Assembly (NCBI GenBank): GCA_035696125.1
Contig: DASRQZ010000213.1
Location: forward strand, 59,048 to 123,047
Direction of reading: 5' to 3'
Length of the DNA: 64,000 nt
Source: Polyangia bacterium
GTDB lineage: Bacteria; Myxococcota_A; Polyangia; Fen-1088
Shown: positions 9,430-21,128 of the stretch, piece after piece
Position numbering within the stretch: the first letter of the stretch is position 1
Layout of the letters: every line of letters begins with the position of its first letter
Notes under the pieces: generated by a model
Told to the model about the DNA's origin: nothing
Database searches by the model: none
What the model saw: only the letters and a program-made list of their open reading frames with translations
Made by a program: the position numbers and the translations under genes

Positions 9430-10794
9430 CTAGCTGTTCGAGGACGCCGCCGCCATCTGCTGGCTGAGGAAGCTGCCCGACGCCTTGAGCCCGGCGACGA
9501 CCTTCTCCATGGCGGTGAACTGCGCGGTCAGGTTCTGCTTGAAGGCGTCGACGCGCAGCTGCAGCCGTTCCGCGTCGCGGTCCATCTGCTTGATGCGGCT
9601 GTTCAGATTCTTGGTGCGGCTGGTGAACATGCCGTCGACGATGTTGGTGTAGCGCTCGCCCAGGGACTTGGTGACGGCGCCCATGCCGGTCGTCGCCTGC
9701 GCGAACAGGTTGTTGACGCCCGCGGAGTTCGACTGCAGCGCCGCGCCCAGCTTGCCGCTGTCGAGGGTCAAGGTGCCGTCGAGGAAGTTGGTCTTGATGC
9801 CGACGTCGGCCAGCGAGCGAATCGATCCGTTGTTGACGGTCGTGGTCACCAGGCCCTGCACCGACGAGACCAGGCTGCGCAACGTCGAATCGCCGGCCAG
9901 GGTCGAGTTCCGGTCGGAGTTGCCCCCGCCCTTGCCCAGCTGGGTGGCGACGGTATTGATGATGTCGTTGTAGGCGTTGACGAAGTTCTGGAGATTGAGC
10001 GCGGTCTTGGCGCTGTCGACGTCGAGGGTCAGCTTCTCCTGGGTATTGGTCTTGGCCTTGAGGCTGAGCGTCGTGCCCGGCAGCGCGTCGGTGACGGTGT
10101 TGGTCTGGCGGGTGAACCCGAGCCCGTCGATGGTGAACGCCGAGTTGGTGGCGTCGTGGTTATAGGTGCCCAGCGCCAGCTGTTTCCCCTGGCTGCCGGT
10201 ATAGCTCTCGGTGATCTGCAACGCCGCGGTCGGGTCTGTACCTGTGTAGCCGGTGTTGAGGTTGGTGATCGACAGATAGGAGCTGGTGCCGTCGTTGAGC
10301 ACGACCGCGCTGATCGGCGCGCCCAGCCCGCGGATGGCGCCGGCGACGTCGGCCAGCGACATGCCGTCGGTGATCGTGATGGGGTCGTAGGTCGTGCCTT
10401 GCACCGTGAAGCTCAAGGTCCCGCCGGTCACGCCCGCGGTGTCGGAGAGGAAGGCGCCCGAGCGCTTGAGGGCTGCGCTGGCCAGCTCCTGGACCGCGAC
10501 CGTGTAAGTGCCGGCCTGCGACTTGGCCGATCCGGTGGCGGTGAAGTCGGTGTTGGTGCTGCTCGTCTTCATGCCGACCGTGCCCGAGTCGGACAGGGTC
10601 TGCGCCGCGGTCTGCAGCGTCTTGATCTTGCCGACCAGCTGGCCGATGAGCGAGATCTGGCTGCGGAAGCCCTCTTGCTGCGTGCGCAAGGAGTCCAGCG
10701 GTCGTTGCTCGAGCTTGGTGAGACCTTCGATGATCGAAGTCGTATCCAACCCCGAGGCCAGGCCACCTACGCTGAAAAAAGGACTGTCCGCCAT
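9430..10794 (-). CDS. fliD: Flagellar filament cap protein FliD (HAP2)
   Basis: 454 aa; N-terminus SVGGLASGLDTTSIIEGLTKLEQRPL and C-terminal FliD region. Confidence 0.85.
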   Translation of the reverse strand: MADSPFFSVGGLASGLDTTSIIEGLTKLEQRPLDSLRTQQEGFRSQISLIGQLVGKIKTLQTAAQTLSDSGTVGMKTSSTNTDFTATGSAKSQAGTYTVAVQELASAALKRSGAFLSDTAGVTGGTLSFTVQGTTYDPITITDGMSLADVAGAIRGLGAPISAVVLNDGTSSYLSITNLNTGYTGTDPTAALQITESYTGSQGKQLALGTYNHDATNSAFTIDGLGFTRQTNTVTDALPGTTLSLKAKTNTQEKLTLDVDSAKTALNLQNFVNAYNDIINTVATQLGKGGGNSDRNSTLAGDSTLRSLVSSVQGLVTTTVNNGSIRSLADVGIKTNFLDGTLTLDSGKLGAALQSNSAGVNNLFAQATTGMGAVTKSLGERYTNIVDGMFTSRTKNLNSRIKQMDRDAERLQLRVDAFKQNLTAQFTAMEKVVAGLKASGSFLSQQMAAASSNS

Positions 10795-10903
10795 GTTGCT
10801 TCCTGCCTTGCTGCGATCGTTTCGGCTGCCCAGACGACCGCCCCGCGGCTCGCAAGCCCGGGGCGGTTCGCCTCGCTTCTATTTTCATCGGCCGCGGCGG
10901 GCA

Positions 10904-10927
10904 CCGGCTTGAGCCACCTCAAGCCGG
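10904..10927 (-). terminator. Candidate stem-loop between fliC and fliD (terminator/attenuator)
   Basis: Perfect 10-bp stem ccggcttgag-NNNN-ctcaagccgg downstream of the fliC stop; no U-tract. Confidence 0.3.
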
Positions 10928-10949
10928 ATTCCGCCGCGGTTAAAGTGGG

Positions 10950-11774
10950 TTAGCCGAGCAGCTTCAGGGCGACCTGGGGCAGCTGGTTGGCCTGGCTCAA
11001 CACCGACACGCCGGCCTGCATCAGGATCTGGGTGCGGCTCATGTTGGAGGTCTCTTCGGCGACATCGACGTCGCGGATACGGCTCTGTGCGGCCGACAGC
11101 GACACCGAGGCTACGGTGGCCACGGTGATCACCTTCTCGAACCGGTTGGCCTGGGCGCCCAGAGTGGCGCGCGTCGAGGATATCGACTGCAGGGCCGCGT
11201 CGATCGTGCCCAGCGCCGCCTGCGCGCCCGTCAGGGTCGCCAGCGACAGCGCGTTGACGGCCAGAGACGTCGCGGTCGCGCTGGAGGTGGTGACGACGAT
11301 CTGGTCGTTGGCCGCCACGTTGCGGATGCCGACCTGGAAGGTCAGCGCCGCCGAGGTGTTGATCAGCGACACACCGTTGTACTCGGTCGCGTTGGCGATA
11401 CGGTCGATTTCCGAGATCAGGCCGGTGACCTCGTTCTGGATGTAGCCGCGCTCGGTGTTGCTCACACCCGAGGACGCCGACTGCGAGGATAGCTCGCGAA
11501 GGCGGGTCAGGATGTTCTGGGTCTCGTTGAGCGAGCTGTCGGCGGTCTGCACGACGTTCAGCGCGTCGTTGGCGTTGCGCACGGCCTGGTTGTAGCTCTT
11601 GATCTGCGCGCCCAGGTTGACGGCGATGGCCAGTCCGGCCGCGTCGTCCGCCGCCTTGGTGATGCGAAAGCCCGACGACAGCTTGGCGAGCGAGTTATTG
11701 AGGTCGAGCTCGGTGCCCATCAGGTTCTTCTGAGCATCCAGGGCGCTGACGTTGGTCTTGATCGACAATCCCAT
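10950..11774 (-). CDS. fliC: Flagellin
   Basis: 274 aa with conserved flagellin N-terminus (MGLSIKTNVSALDAQKNL...LSSGFRI) and C-terminus (SRTQILMQAGVSVLSQANQLPQVALKLLG). Confidence 0.9.
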   Translation of the reverse strand: MGLSIKTNVSALDAQKNLMGTELDLNNSLAKLSSGFRITKAADDAAGLAIAVNLGAQIKSYNQAVRNANDALNVVQTADSSLNETQNILTRLRELSSQSASSGVSNTERGYIQNEVTGLISEIDRIANATEYNGVSLINTSAALTFQVGIRNVAANDQIVVTTSSATATSLAVNALSLATLTGAQAALGTIDAALQSISSTRATLGAQANRFEKVITVATVASVSLSAAQSRIRDVDVAEETSNMSRTQILMQAGVSVLSQANQLPQVALKLLG

Positions 11775-11976
11775 GACAAATTCTCCTCAGTTACGGCCCC
11801 GCAGGGCTTTGAAATTCCGCCGTTTTTCTTCCGGCACCGCGACCTTCTCGGCCACGTTCACAGATTTTTTCGTCACGGGATCTCGATCCGTTAAGGGAGT
11901 TTCTTGCTGGGAAAATTTTTCCCATGCCAACTTTCGACTCTTAAGAAAAAAAGATCGATCGCGCGGTCGAATTTCT

Positions 11977-11984
11977 CTTATCGG
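11977..11984 (-). promoter_or_regulatory. Sigma28-like -10 element GCCGATAA upstream of fliC
   Basis: Minus-strand GCCGATAA about 200 nt upstream of the fliC ATG; no convincing TAAA -35. Confidence 0.3.
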
Positions 11985-12026
11985 CGAAATCACCGTCGCT
12001 GCTCGGGTCGCGTGACGCAGATCGAT

Positions 12027-12109
12027 CACGCCGACGCCGACGCCGACGCCGACGGGACAGACCCTTCCGGATCCAACCGTCGGCGTCGGCGTCGGCGTCA
12101 CCGTGGGCG
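12027..12109. repeat. Hairpin element: (GCCGAC)4 - loop ggacagacccttccggatccaa - (GTCGGC)3-ACCGTGGGCG
   Basis: Inverted hexamer arrays, directly read; lies just 3' of the flgL stop and 5' of the fliC promoter region. Confidence 0.9.
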
Positions 12110-12156
12110 GCTCCGAGATCAGCGCGCTGCGCTCCGGCGAGCGCCGACCGCGGCCT

Positions 12157-13038
12157 CTAGAGCTTGTCCATCAGACTGAAACGGAACGACTGCGCCGCCG
12201 CCGTCAGCGTGGCGTCCAGGGCATGGTTGGCCAGCGCGAGCTTGCTCGAGGCCGCGAAGATGTCGGCCTCGGCCTGGGTGGCGACGGTCTTGACCGTGGC
12301 GTCGCGGGTGGTGGTGGCCAGGGTCTGGGCGGTGGCGAAGGCGTCGCCCATCGAGCCGACCTTGGCCAGGGTGGAGGTGACCTGGGTGGTCGCGCTGTCA
12401 ATATCGGTGAGCGCGCCGCGGATGCCGTTGCCGTTGTTGGTGGTGAGCGCGGTCGACAGCGCCTGCAGGGTCGCGAAGAGATCGACGCCGCCGCCCACGC
12501 CCTTGATGGCGATGTCGGCGCGCACCGAGGCGTCCTCGAGGACGCCGGGGGCGACCTCGACCTGGCGCACCGCGGTGTCGCCGGTGTAGTTGCCGGCGAT
12601 GTCGAAGGGGGGCGTGCGGTCCTGATCGCCGCCGAAGATGAAGCGCCCGTTGACCTCACGGTTCATCAGGGTGACCGACTGGCGAACCAGCGCGTCGATC
12701 TCGGCGGCCCCGCCGGCGCGGTCGCTGGCCGAGTAGGTGTCGTTGCCCAGCTGCACGGCCAGCTCTCGTGCGCGCGAGAGCACGGTGGCCAGGCTCTGCA
12801 GGGCCTGGTCGGCCGCGTCCACCTCGTCGCCGGCGCGGCCGGCGTTCTGGTTGATGGCGTCCATGCGGTCGACCACCTGACGGCCGCGCACCATGGCGGC
12901 GGCGACCGCGGGATCGTCGCCCGGGTGCTGCACGCGCATGCCGGTCGTGACCTCTTCCATCGCGGCCTGCGCGCGGTCGCGGCTCTTGGCGGCGTTCAGG
13001 GTCGCCGTATCGAACATCATCCGGTCGGTGACGCGCAT
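12157..13038 (-). CDS. flgL: Flagellar hook-associated protein FlgL (HAP3)
   Basis: 293 aa, flagellin-like N/C termini (RVTDRMMFDTATLNAAKSRDRAQ...). Confidence 0.8.
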   Translation of the reverse strand: MRVTDRMMFDTATLNAAKSRDRAQAAMEEVTTGMRVQHPGDDPAVAAAMVRGRQVVDRMDAINQNAGRAGDEVDAADQALQSLATVLSRARELAVQLGNDTYSASDRAGGAAEIDALVRQSVTLMNREVNGRFIFGGDQDRTPPFDIAGNYTGDTAVRQVEVAPGVLEDASVRADIAIKGVGGGVDLFATLQALSTALTTNNGNGIRGALTDIDSATTQVTSTLAKVGSMGDAFATAQTLATTTRDATVKTVATQAEADIFAASSKLALANHALDATLTAAAQSFRFSLMDKL

Positions 13039-13051
13039 GCGATTTCCCCTC

Positions 13052-14458
13052 TCACTTCAGGCTCATCAAGGTGTCGAGCATGCTGTCGGCCGTGGTGATC
13101 ACCTTGCTCATGGCCTCGAAGGCGCGCTGAGCGGCGGTGAGCTTGACCATCTCCTCGTCGAGGGAGACGCCGGAGACCGACTCGCGCAGCTGGGTCAGGT
13201 GGTCCATCATGGCGCCATCCTGATCGGCCATCGCCCTGGCTCGCTGCGATGACGCGCCGAAGGACGACACGATGTTGGTGAAGCTGGTGGCCGGATCGAA
13301 GCCGCCCGCCAGCGCCGTGCGCTCGGTGGCGATCAGGGCCAGGATATTCTGGTTGTTGCCGGGCAGCCCCGCCGCCGACGACGCCGCCGCCAGCAGGGCC
13401 GGGTTGGCCAGCAGCGCCGGATCGATGTCGATCAGGCTGGCGGCGCTGGCCGAGGTCGCGCCCACCGAGAACATCGCGTGCCCGGTCGTGCCGTCCTGCG
13501 CGAACCCCGCGCCATGCACGGCGTTGGCCGAGGTGGCCAGATCGAACGCCAGGGTGTCGAGGGCGGCCGAGGCCGCGCCCATGGTACCGTCGCGCGCCGA
13601 CAGCGACCCGCCCAACACCCCCCCGGCCGCGCTGGTCGGCAGCGAGACCGGCCCGCTACCGTCAGCGCGAGTCATCCTCAACGTCAGGTGGCCCCGATTA
13701 CTGGAGTCGGGGATCGTCTGCAGCTGCGCCGCGCGGTCGTCGCTGACCAGCGCGGTGCCGCCGGGCAGCGCCATCGAGACGTCGCCCTGCTTGTTGCTGA
13801 CCGGCACGGCGCCGGTGAGCTCGGTCAGCTTGTCCTGCAGTCGCCGGCGCGCGTCGAGCAGGTCGTTGGGCTCGGCGCCACCCGCGCGCGCGGTGCGGAT
13901 CTGAGCGTTCAGGGACGCCATGTTGGTGGCCGCGGTGTTGACCTCGTCGACGACCCCGTTGATCTTGTCGTCGAGCCCGCTGCGCGCGTCCTCGATGGCC
14001 ATCGAGGTGCGGTTGAACGAGCGGGTCAGGGTCTGCGTCGCCGACACCGCCGCGCGCCGCAGGGCGGGGTCGGCCGGATTCTGCGAGACCGCGCGCAAGG
14101 ACGAGTAGAAGGCGGAAAGTGCGCTGCCGAGCCCGCCGGCCGCCTCGGGGTCGAGCGCCGACACGGCAGACAGGGCGTCGCTCTCGGTCGACGACCAGCC
14201 CTTCGACGACAGGGCGTGCGGCACCTGGCGCTCGAGGAAGGAGTCGCGCGCCTGGGTGATCGACTGGACGCCCACGCCGCGGCCGAGGAAACCGTTGGCC
14301 ACCAGCTCGGCGGGCGTCAGCGCCTCGAGGTTCGCGGTCTGGCGCGAGTACCCGGGCGTGTTGACGTTGGCGATGTTCTGGCTCGCCACCGCCGCCGACT
14401 CGCGATGGGCCGCGAGGCTGCCGCTGGCTTGCGAGAGGATGGAGATCAGATCGGGCAT
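13052..14458 (-). CDS. flgK: Flagellar hook-associated protein FlgK (HAP1)
   Basis: 468 aa; SQNIANVNTPGYSRQ motif and C-terminal FlgK region. Confidence 0.85.
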   Translation of the reverse strand: MPDLISILSQASGSLAAHRESAAVASQNIANVNTPGYSRQTANLEALTPAELVANGFLGRGVGVQSITQARDSFLERQVPHALSSKGWSSTESDALSAVSALDPEAAGGLGSALSAFYSSLRAVSQNPADPALRRAAVSATQTLTRSFNRTSMAIEDARSGLDDKINGVVDEVNTAATNMASLNAQIRTARAGGAEPNDLLDARRRLQDKLTELTGAVPVSNKQGDVSMALPGGTALVSDDRAAQLQTIPDSSNRGHLTLRMTRADGSGPVSLPTSAAGGVLGGSLSARDGTMGAASAALDTLAFDLATSANAVHGAGFAQDGTTGHAMFSVGATSASAASLIDIDPALLANPALLAAASSAAGLPGNNQNILALIATERTALAGGFDPATSFTNIVSSFGASSQRARAMADQDGAMMDHLTQLRESVSGVSLDEEMVKLTAAQRAFEAMSKVITTADSMLDTLMSLK

Positions 14459-14462
14459 CTGA

Positions 14463-14945
14463 TCAAACCACTCGGCTCAGGTTCGACGCGGCCGCCGGGG
14501 CGACCGTGGGCGCGAAGCCGCGGCGGTCGTAGGCGGTGGGGCGCGGATTGAGCGCGCCCAGGTAGGCGCGCACGAAGGACAGCGCGCGCTGCCCGAGAGC
14601 TCGGTTCAGATCGTCCAGCTCGGCCAGGGCCGCGGCCAGGGCACGGACCTCGGCGAAGGCTTGCGCCAGGCGGTCGGTGGCAGCCGGCGCGACGCCGCGC
14701 AGCCGATCGATGGTGACCTCGGAGATTCCGTGCGCGCGCGCGGCCTGCGCCAGCTCCACGGACAGCTGAGCCTGACGCTGGTTGCACAGCGTGTTCCATT
14801 CGCCGCGGGCGCTGGCTCGTCGCATGAGCCCGTCGACGTCCATGGCCCGGATGAGGGTCCGCTCAGCGCGCGCCCGGTCGACCTCGGCGCGGAGAGCGTC
14901 GCGGATCTGCTGGGTGATGACGATGGCGTTTTCGAGATGAGTCAT
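14463..14945 (-). CDS. flgN: FlgN-like chaperone for FlgK/FlgL
   Basis: 160 aa helical protein immediately upstream of flgK; weak family resemblance plus synteny. Confidence 0.5.
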   Translation of the reverse strand: MTHLENAIVITQQIRDALRAEVDRARAERTLIRAMDVDGLMRRASARGEWNTLCNQRQAQLSVELAQAARAHGISEVTIDRLRGVAPAATDRLAQAFAEVRALAAALAELDDLNRALGQRALSFVRAYLGALNPRPTAYDRRGFAPTVAPAAASNLSRVV

Positions 14946-14953
14946 GTCTTCAA

Positions 14954-15237
14954 TCAGTGTCGCAGGAGCGACTGCAGGCGCGCTTCGACCTCGGCGTCCT
15001 GCAGGATCTCCTCGGCGACGCGCGACGGATCGGGGTGGTACTCACCCGCGCGCACGCGCGCCTCCAGAGCCTTGAGGCGGCCGGGGCGCTCCGCGGCCTG
15101 CGTCGTCTTGGCTGTCGCCACGGCCGCATCGACCTCGCGCGAGTTGCTGACCGTCACGCGATCCTTGGGGGGCGCCGCTTGCGTCTCGGGGCTTGCGACC
15201 CGGCCGACTTCGGCAATTGCTTTGGTTTCGTTGATTT

Positions 15238-15241
<4 letters not shown>
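14954..15241 (-). CDS. flgM: Anti-sigma-28 factor FlgM
   Basis: 95 aa; C-terminal KALEARVRAGEYHPDPSRVAEEIL region typical of FlgM. Confidence 0.7.
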
Positions 15242-16196
<955 letters not shown>

Positions 16197-16197
<1 letters not shown>

Positions 16198-17306
16198 CAG
16201 ATCACGTCCAGGTCGGCGTCGATCGCGCCGGCGGCCTTCATGGCCTGCAGGATCGCGATGAGGTCGCGCGGCGTCGCGCCGATCAGGTTGAGCGCCTTGA
16301 CCAGCTCCTCGACGGTCGAGGTGGCGGGCAGCGCGACCACCGGCTCCTTCTTCTCCTTGGCGTCGACCGCCGACTGCGCGCCCTGCGCCGTGCGGCCCCC
16401 GCGCGACAGCGCGTTCGGCTGCGAGACGTAGGGGGTCGTGAAGATCGAGATCGACAGTCCGCCGTGGGCGACGGCGACCGGCTGGATGCGCACCCGCTCG
16501 CCGGCCACCACCGTACCGGTGCGCTCGCTGACCACGATGCGGGCGCGCTGGTCGGACTCGACCTCCAGCGCCTCGATCGCGGTCATCAGGGCCACCGCCC
16601 TGCCCTTGTAGGCGGCCGGGATCTTGATCTCGACCGCGGCCGGGTCGGTGGCGCGCGCGGCGGCGGTGTCCTTGAGCGCGGCGTTGATCGCCTCGGCGAT
16701 GCGGTTCGAGGTTGTGAAGTCGGGGCGCTTGAGGCCGAGCACCATCGGGTCCTTTTCGAGGTTGGCGGTCACGGCGCGCTCGATCGTGCCGCCCGCGGGG
16801 ACGCGCCCCGAAGTCGGCTGGTTCTTCTGCATGAAGGAGCCGTTCGCGGTGGCGTCGAAGCCACCCGCCTGCACCGGGCCCTGGGCCAGCGCGTAGACTT
16901 GCCCGTCGGGGCCGGTGAGCGGCGTGATCAGAAGGACGCCGCCCGCCAGCGAACGTGCGTTGCCCATCGAGGCCACGCTGACGTCGATGCGGGTGCCGGC
17001 GCGCGAGAACGATGGTAGCCGTGAGGTCACCATGACCGCGGCGACGTTGCGCACCTGCACGTCACGAGGATCGATGCGGATGCCGAGCCGGCCCAGCATG
17101 CCGGCGATCGACTGCGAGGTGAAGAAGACCCGCTCGGTGTCGCCGGTCCCGGCCAGCCCGACGACCAGGCCGTAGCCGTAGAGCAGGTTCTCGCGCACGC
17201 CCTGGACCTCGACCAGCTCCTTGACCCGCACCGGCGCGCCGGAGGCGGCGCGGACGCCGGCCAGAGTGAGGACCGAGACCACCAGCAGGGAACACAGCTT
17301 CTTCAA
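16197..17306 (-). CDS. flgI: Flagellar P-ring protein FlgI
   Basis: 369 aa with signal peptide; FlgI signature throughout. Confidence 0.9.
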
Positions 17307-17451
17307 CGAATCCTCCAGCCACCATCGGAGACCAAGAACACAGGGAGAAGCAGAGAAGCAGAGGAATAGGTGAAGGTCTCAGGCTGGCTGGCTAACTTAA
17401 CCTCCACGTTGAACCGTCCTCCGCGTCTCCCTGGATAAGCGTGTACGAGCA

Positions 17452-18200
17452 TCAGAAAGGCCATATCCACCCGAGGTAGCGAGAAAAGAACCCCTGGTGC
17501 TGGTTGTCGGTGAGCACGCCGCGGCCGACGAACTCGATCTCGGCGTCAGCGACCATGGAGCTCTTCACGCTGTTCTCCTGGTCGATGTCGATGGGGCGCA
17601 CGACGCCCGAGATGTAGAAATGCTGCTCCTCGCTGTTGACCAGGATCACCCGGTGGCCCTCGACGAAGAGGTTGCCGTTGGGCAACACCTTGCGCACGGT
17701 GGCCGGCACGGTCGCGGTCAGGAACTCGGTGCGTGCGGTCTTGCCCTCGCCCTTGAAATCGGTCTTCGAGCTGCCACCGATGCTGAGGTTGGGGTCGAGA
17801 TCGGGGTCGAGCTTCTTGAGCTTGCTGAGCAAGCCCAGGAATGCGCTGACCTGCGCCGACGAGGTCGACTCGCGGCTGAGGTCGGTGTCGGCCGACCGCT
17901 TGGCGTCGGCGACCTCCTCGACCTTGATCACCACCAGGTCGTTCACCCGCAGCGCGCGCGCGTCGGTGAACAACATCGAGGCCGGACGCCCCGGGTGCCA
18001 GAGGCTGCCCTCCGACTGCGGCTGGTCCTCCTTGGCCTGGGGGGAGTCGAGCGTGTACTCGCGCCGCTTGGGCTTGTAGGCATTGATGTGCGTCGCCGCG
18101 CACGACGAGGCCAGCAGGGCACACAGCGACAGCGCCAGCGCCAGCGCGGGGCGGATTGCCCATTGCCGACCTGCGCGGCCCGCGCCGAGAACGGCGGGCC

Positions 18201-18204
<4 letters not shown>
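17452..18204 (-). CDS. flgH: Flagellar L-ring lipoprotein FlgH
   Basis: Real start at the Met of MRPAVLG...LLASSC (lipobox) at 18204, ATGA-overlapping the flgA stop. The upstream 160 aa of track ORF 17452-18684 are R/G-rich noise. Confidence 0.85.
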
Positions 18205-18896
<692 letters not shown>

Positions 18897-18904
18897 TGTT
18901 AGCG

Positions 18905-19690
18905 TCAGCGCAGGGAGGTCAGCTTCTGCAGCATCTGGTCGGCGGTCTGGATGACCTTGGAGTTCATCTCGTAGGCGCGCTGCGTGCTGATCATGTCGAC
19001 CATCTCCTCGACCGCCTTGACGTTGGCGGTCTCGAGAAAGCCCTGGGTCAGCGTGCCCACGCCCTGTTCACCGGGCCGGGTCTGCAGCTCCTGGCCGCTG
19101 GCGGCGCTGGGTTGAAACATGTTGCCGCCGATCGCCTCCAGCGCGCCCGGGTTGGTGAAGACGGTCAGCTCCAGCCGGCCCAGCGTTGTCGGGTCCTGGC
19201 GGCCCGGCTGCTTGGCCAGCACGGTGCCGTCGGATTGGATGGTCAGCGCCAGGGTGTCGGGCGGGACGGTGATCGCCGGCTCGACCAGCTCGCCGCGCTG
19301 GGTGACCAGGCGACCGGTCTCGTCGACGCGGAAATTGCCGGCGCGGGTGAAGGCGACGTCGCCGTTGGGGCGCTGGATGCGGAAGTATCCGTTGCCCTCG
19401 ATGGCGATGTCGTAGGGGTTCTGGGTGCCGACCATGTCACCCTGGGCCATCGATCGGGTGGTGCTGCCGGTGCGTACGCCCAGGCCGACCTGCAGCGGCG
19501 CCGGCTGACCGCCGCCGCGCGGCCCGGCTGGCTGCGCCTGCACGATGGTCTCGGACAGCAGGTCCTGGAACTCGGCGCGCGTGCGCTTGAACCCGGTCGT
19601 GTTCACGTTCGCCAGGTTGTTGGCGATCGTATCCATCTTGAGCTGCTCCGCCTCCATTCCAGTGGCGGCGGTGTAGAGCGATCGCAACAT
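18905..19690 (-). CDS. flgG: Flagellar distal rod protein FlgG
   Basis: 261 aa; MLRSLYTAATGM...ANNLANVNTTGFK and conserved C-terminus. Confidence 0.9.
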   Translation of the reverse strand: MLRSLYTAATGMEAEQLKMDTIANNLANVNTTGFKRTRAEFQDLLSETIVQAQPAGPRGGGQPAPLQVGLGVRTGSTTRSMAQGDMVGTQNPYDIAIEGNGYFRIQRPNGDVAFTRAGNFRVDETGRLVTQRGELVEPAITVPPDTLALTIQSDGTVLAKQPGRQDPTTLGRLELTVFTNPGALEAIGGNMFQPSAASGQELQTRPGEQGVGTLTQGFLETANVKAVEEMVDMISTQRAYEMNSKVIQTADQMLQKLTSLR

Positions 19691-19703
19691 TGGTGATTCC
19701 TCC

Positions 19704-20432
19704 TCAGCGAACTTTCCCGACCTCGATCGCGCGATCGTCGAGGCGGCGGTAGGTCTGGATGGCCTGCATCGCGGTTTCGTACTGGCGTTGGGCGTTGATC
19801 ATCTGCACCGTCGACTCCAGCGGGGTCACGTTCCCCATCTCGAGCTGCCCGGTCGACACGCCACCTTCGGCCGGCGTGACCATGCCACCGGGACCGGCGG
19901 CGTAAAGCTGCGGGCCGACCCGCACGATGTTGCCCTGCAAGTTGAAGAGCGCCAGGGTGTCGACCACGTGCTGGTCGGCGCTGACCACGCCGGACTGGTT
20001 GATGGTCACCTGGGCGCCGGGCGGGATCAGGATCGGCTTGCCGGTCTCGCCCAGCACCGGGCGGCCGTCGGCGACCAGCATCCCGTCGGGCGTGAGGTTG
20101 AGCTTGCCGTTGCGGGTGTACGCGACCTGGCCGCTCTGGGTGCCGACCGACAGGAACGCTTGGCCCTCGGGGATGATGTCCAGCGGGTTGTCGGTCGTAC
20201 GCACCGGGCCCGGCGACAGATCGGTGCCGGTGGCGACCGCGGCGGCGAAGACCTTGTCTTGCGGAGCGCCGCGGGCACCGGCCAGCCCGCGCGACGGCAG
20301 GAACGATTGAAAGGCGGGTCGCGAGGCCTTGTAGCCTGGCGTCTCCGCGTTCGCCAGGTTATCGGCGATGGAGTCGAGCTGCTCGGATCGCGCCACCGCC
20401 GCTGCCATGCCTACATACATCCCGTCAGCCAT
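19704..20432 (-). CDS. flgF: Flagellar proximal rod protein FlgF
   Basis: Rod-protein N-terminal motif (DSIADNLANAETPGYK). Start chosen at MADGMYVG (ATG 20432) with GGAGA RBS 7 nt upstream; the track start 20501 is likely too long. Confidence 0.8.
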   Translation of the reverse strand: MADGMYVGMAAAVARSEQLDSIADNLANAETPGYKASRPAFQSFLPSRGLAGARGAPQDKVFAAAVATGTDLSPGPVRTTDNPLDIIPEGQAFLSVGTQSGQVAYTRNGKLNLTPDGMLVADGRPVLGETGKPILIPPGAQVTINQSGVVSADQHVVDTLALFNLQGNIVRVGPQLYAAGPGGMVTPAEGGVSTGQLEMGNVTPLESTVQMINAQRQYETAMQAIQTYRRLDDRAIEVGKVR

Positions 20433-20456
20433 TGATTTGTCTCCGCACTGGTACTC

Positions 20457-20472
20457 AGCAAGGTCGGGGCCA
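20457..20472 (-). promoter_or_regulatory. Candidate sigma54 (-24/-12) promoter for the flgF operon
   Basis: Minus-strand TGGCCC-cgacc-TTGCT (consensus TGGCAC-N5-TTGCW), GG-N10-GC spacing correct, about 25 nt upstream of the flgF ATG. Confidence 0.4.
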
Positions 20473-20645
20473 AACCCGACGTCGTGTTTCTGACTCGCCA
20501 ACCATGCCCACGGCGCCGGTGCACACGCTGGGCCCGATGTGGTTCAGGCAGTTTCGACCCGGCAGGATCTGCCGCGCGGAGGGGGGCGAGGATTTCTCTG
20601 CGGGCCGGCTCAAGTCGACTCGGCGGCGTGCCGAAGCATTGATCT

Positions 20646-21074
20646 ATGCGGCCGAAGACTCGCCTCGATTCGGTCATCAAGATCGAGGAAGAGAAGGAAG
20701 AGCGCAGGTTGCTGGAGATGGCGGCTGCCGGCCGACAGGTGAAGTCGGCCGAGGCCGCGCTGACCGGAGCGCGCGAAGCCGCCCGCACTGACCACCGGCG
20801 CTCGGCCTCGGCGACCGACTGGCTGGTGGCCGAGATCGCCCACACGCGCGCCCTGCTGGACGTGCGCTCGGCCGAGCACGCCGTGACGTCGGCGACCGCC
20901 GCCGAGGGCGAGTCGCGCAACGCCTACACCCAGGCCCACTCCAAGGCCGAGGCCCTGCGCCGGGCGGCGCAGGCGCGGGTCGACGAGATCCTGACCGCGC
21001 GCCAGAAAGCCGAGTCGAAGGAGCTGGACGACATCGGCCTGCAGACCTTCAACTCCGGCGCGCGGGCCGGCTGA
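20646..21074 (+). CDS. FliJ-like coiled-coil protein (flagellar export component?)
   Basis: 142 aa, charged heptad-rich sequence (RLDSVIKIEEEKEERRLLEMAAAGRQVKSAEAALT...) resembling FliJ; isolated from fliH/fliI. Confidence 0.4.
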   Translation: MRPKTRLDSVIKIEEEKEERRLLEMAAAGRQVKSAEAALTGAREAARTDHRRSASATDWLVAEIAHTRALLDVRSAEHAVTSATAAEGESRNAYTQAHSKAEALRRAAQARVDEILTARQKAESKELDDIGLQTFNSGARAG

Positions 21075-21128
21075 GCGTCAGGAACCGGACGCGGCGGCGA
21101 CCCGACCGGCACCGGAAGCCGACTGACC

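Noticed and set aside
10838-10866. Second hairpin ccgccccg...cggggcgg followed by a T-rich run, between fliD and fliC
   Set aside because: The T-run is on the plus strand, i.e. would terminate antisense transcription, not the minus-strand fliC message; not called.
9187-10953. 588-aa plus-strand ORF (and similar long plus ORFs at 25240-27492, 30536-32242, 48053-50452)
   Set aside because: Antisense to fliD/fliS, the TPR-GT9 and RR-HDOD genes, flhA/flhF and hppA respectively; extreme Arg/Gly/Asp bias and no motifs.
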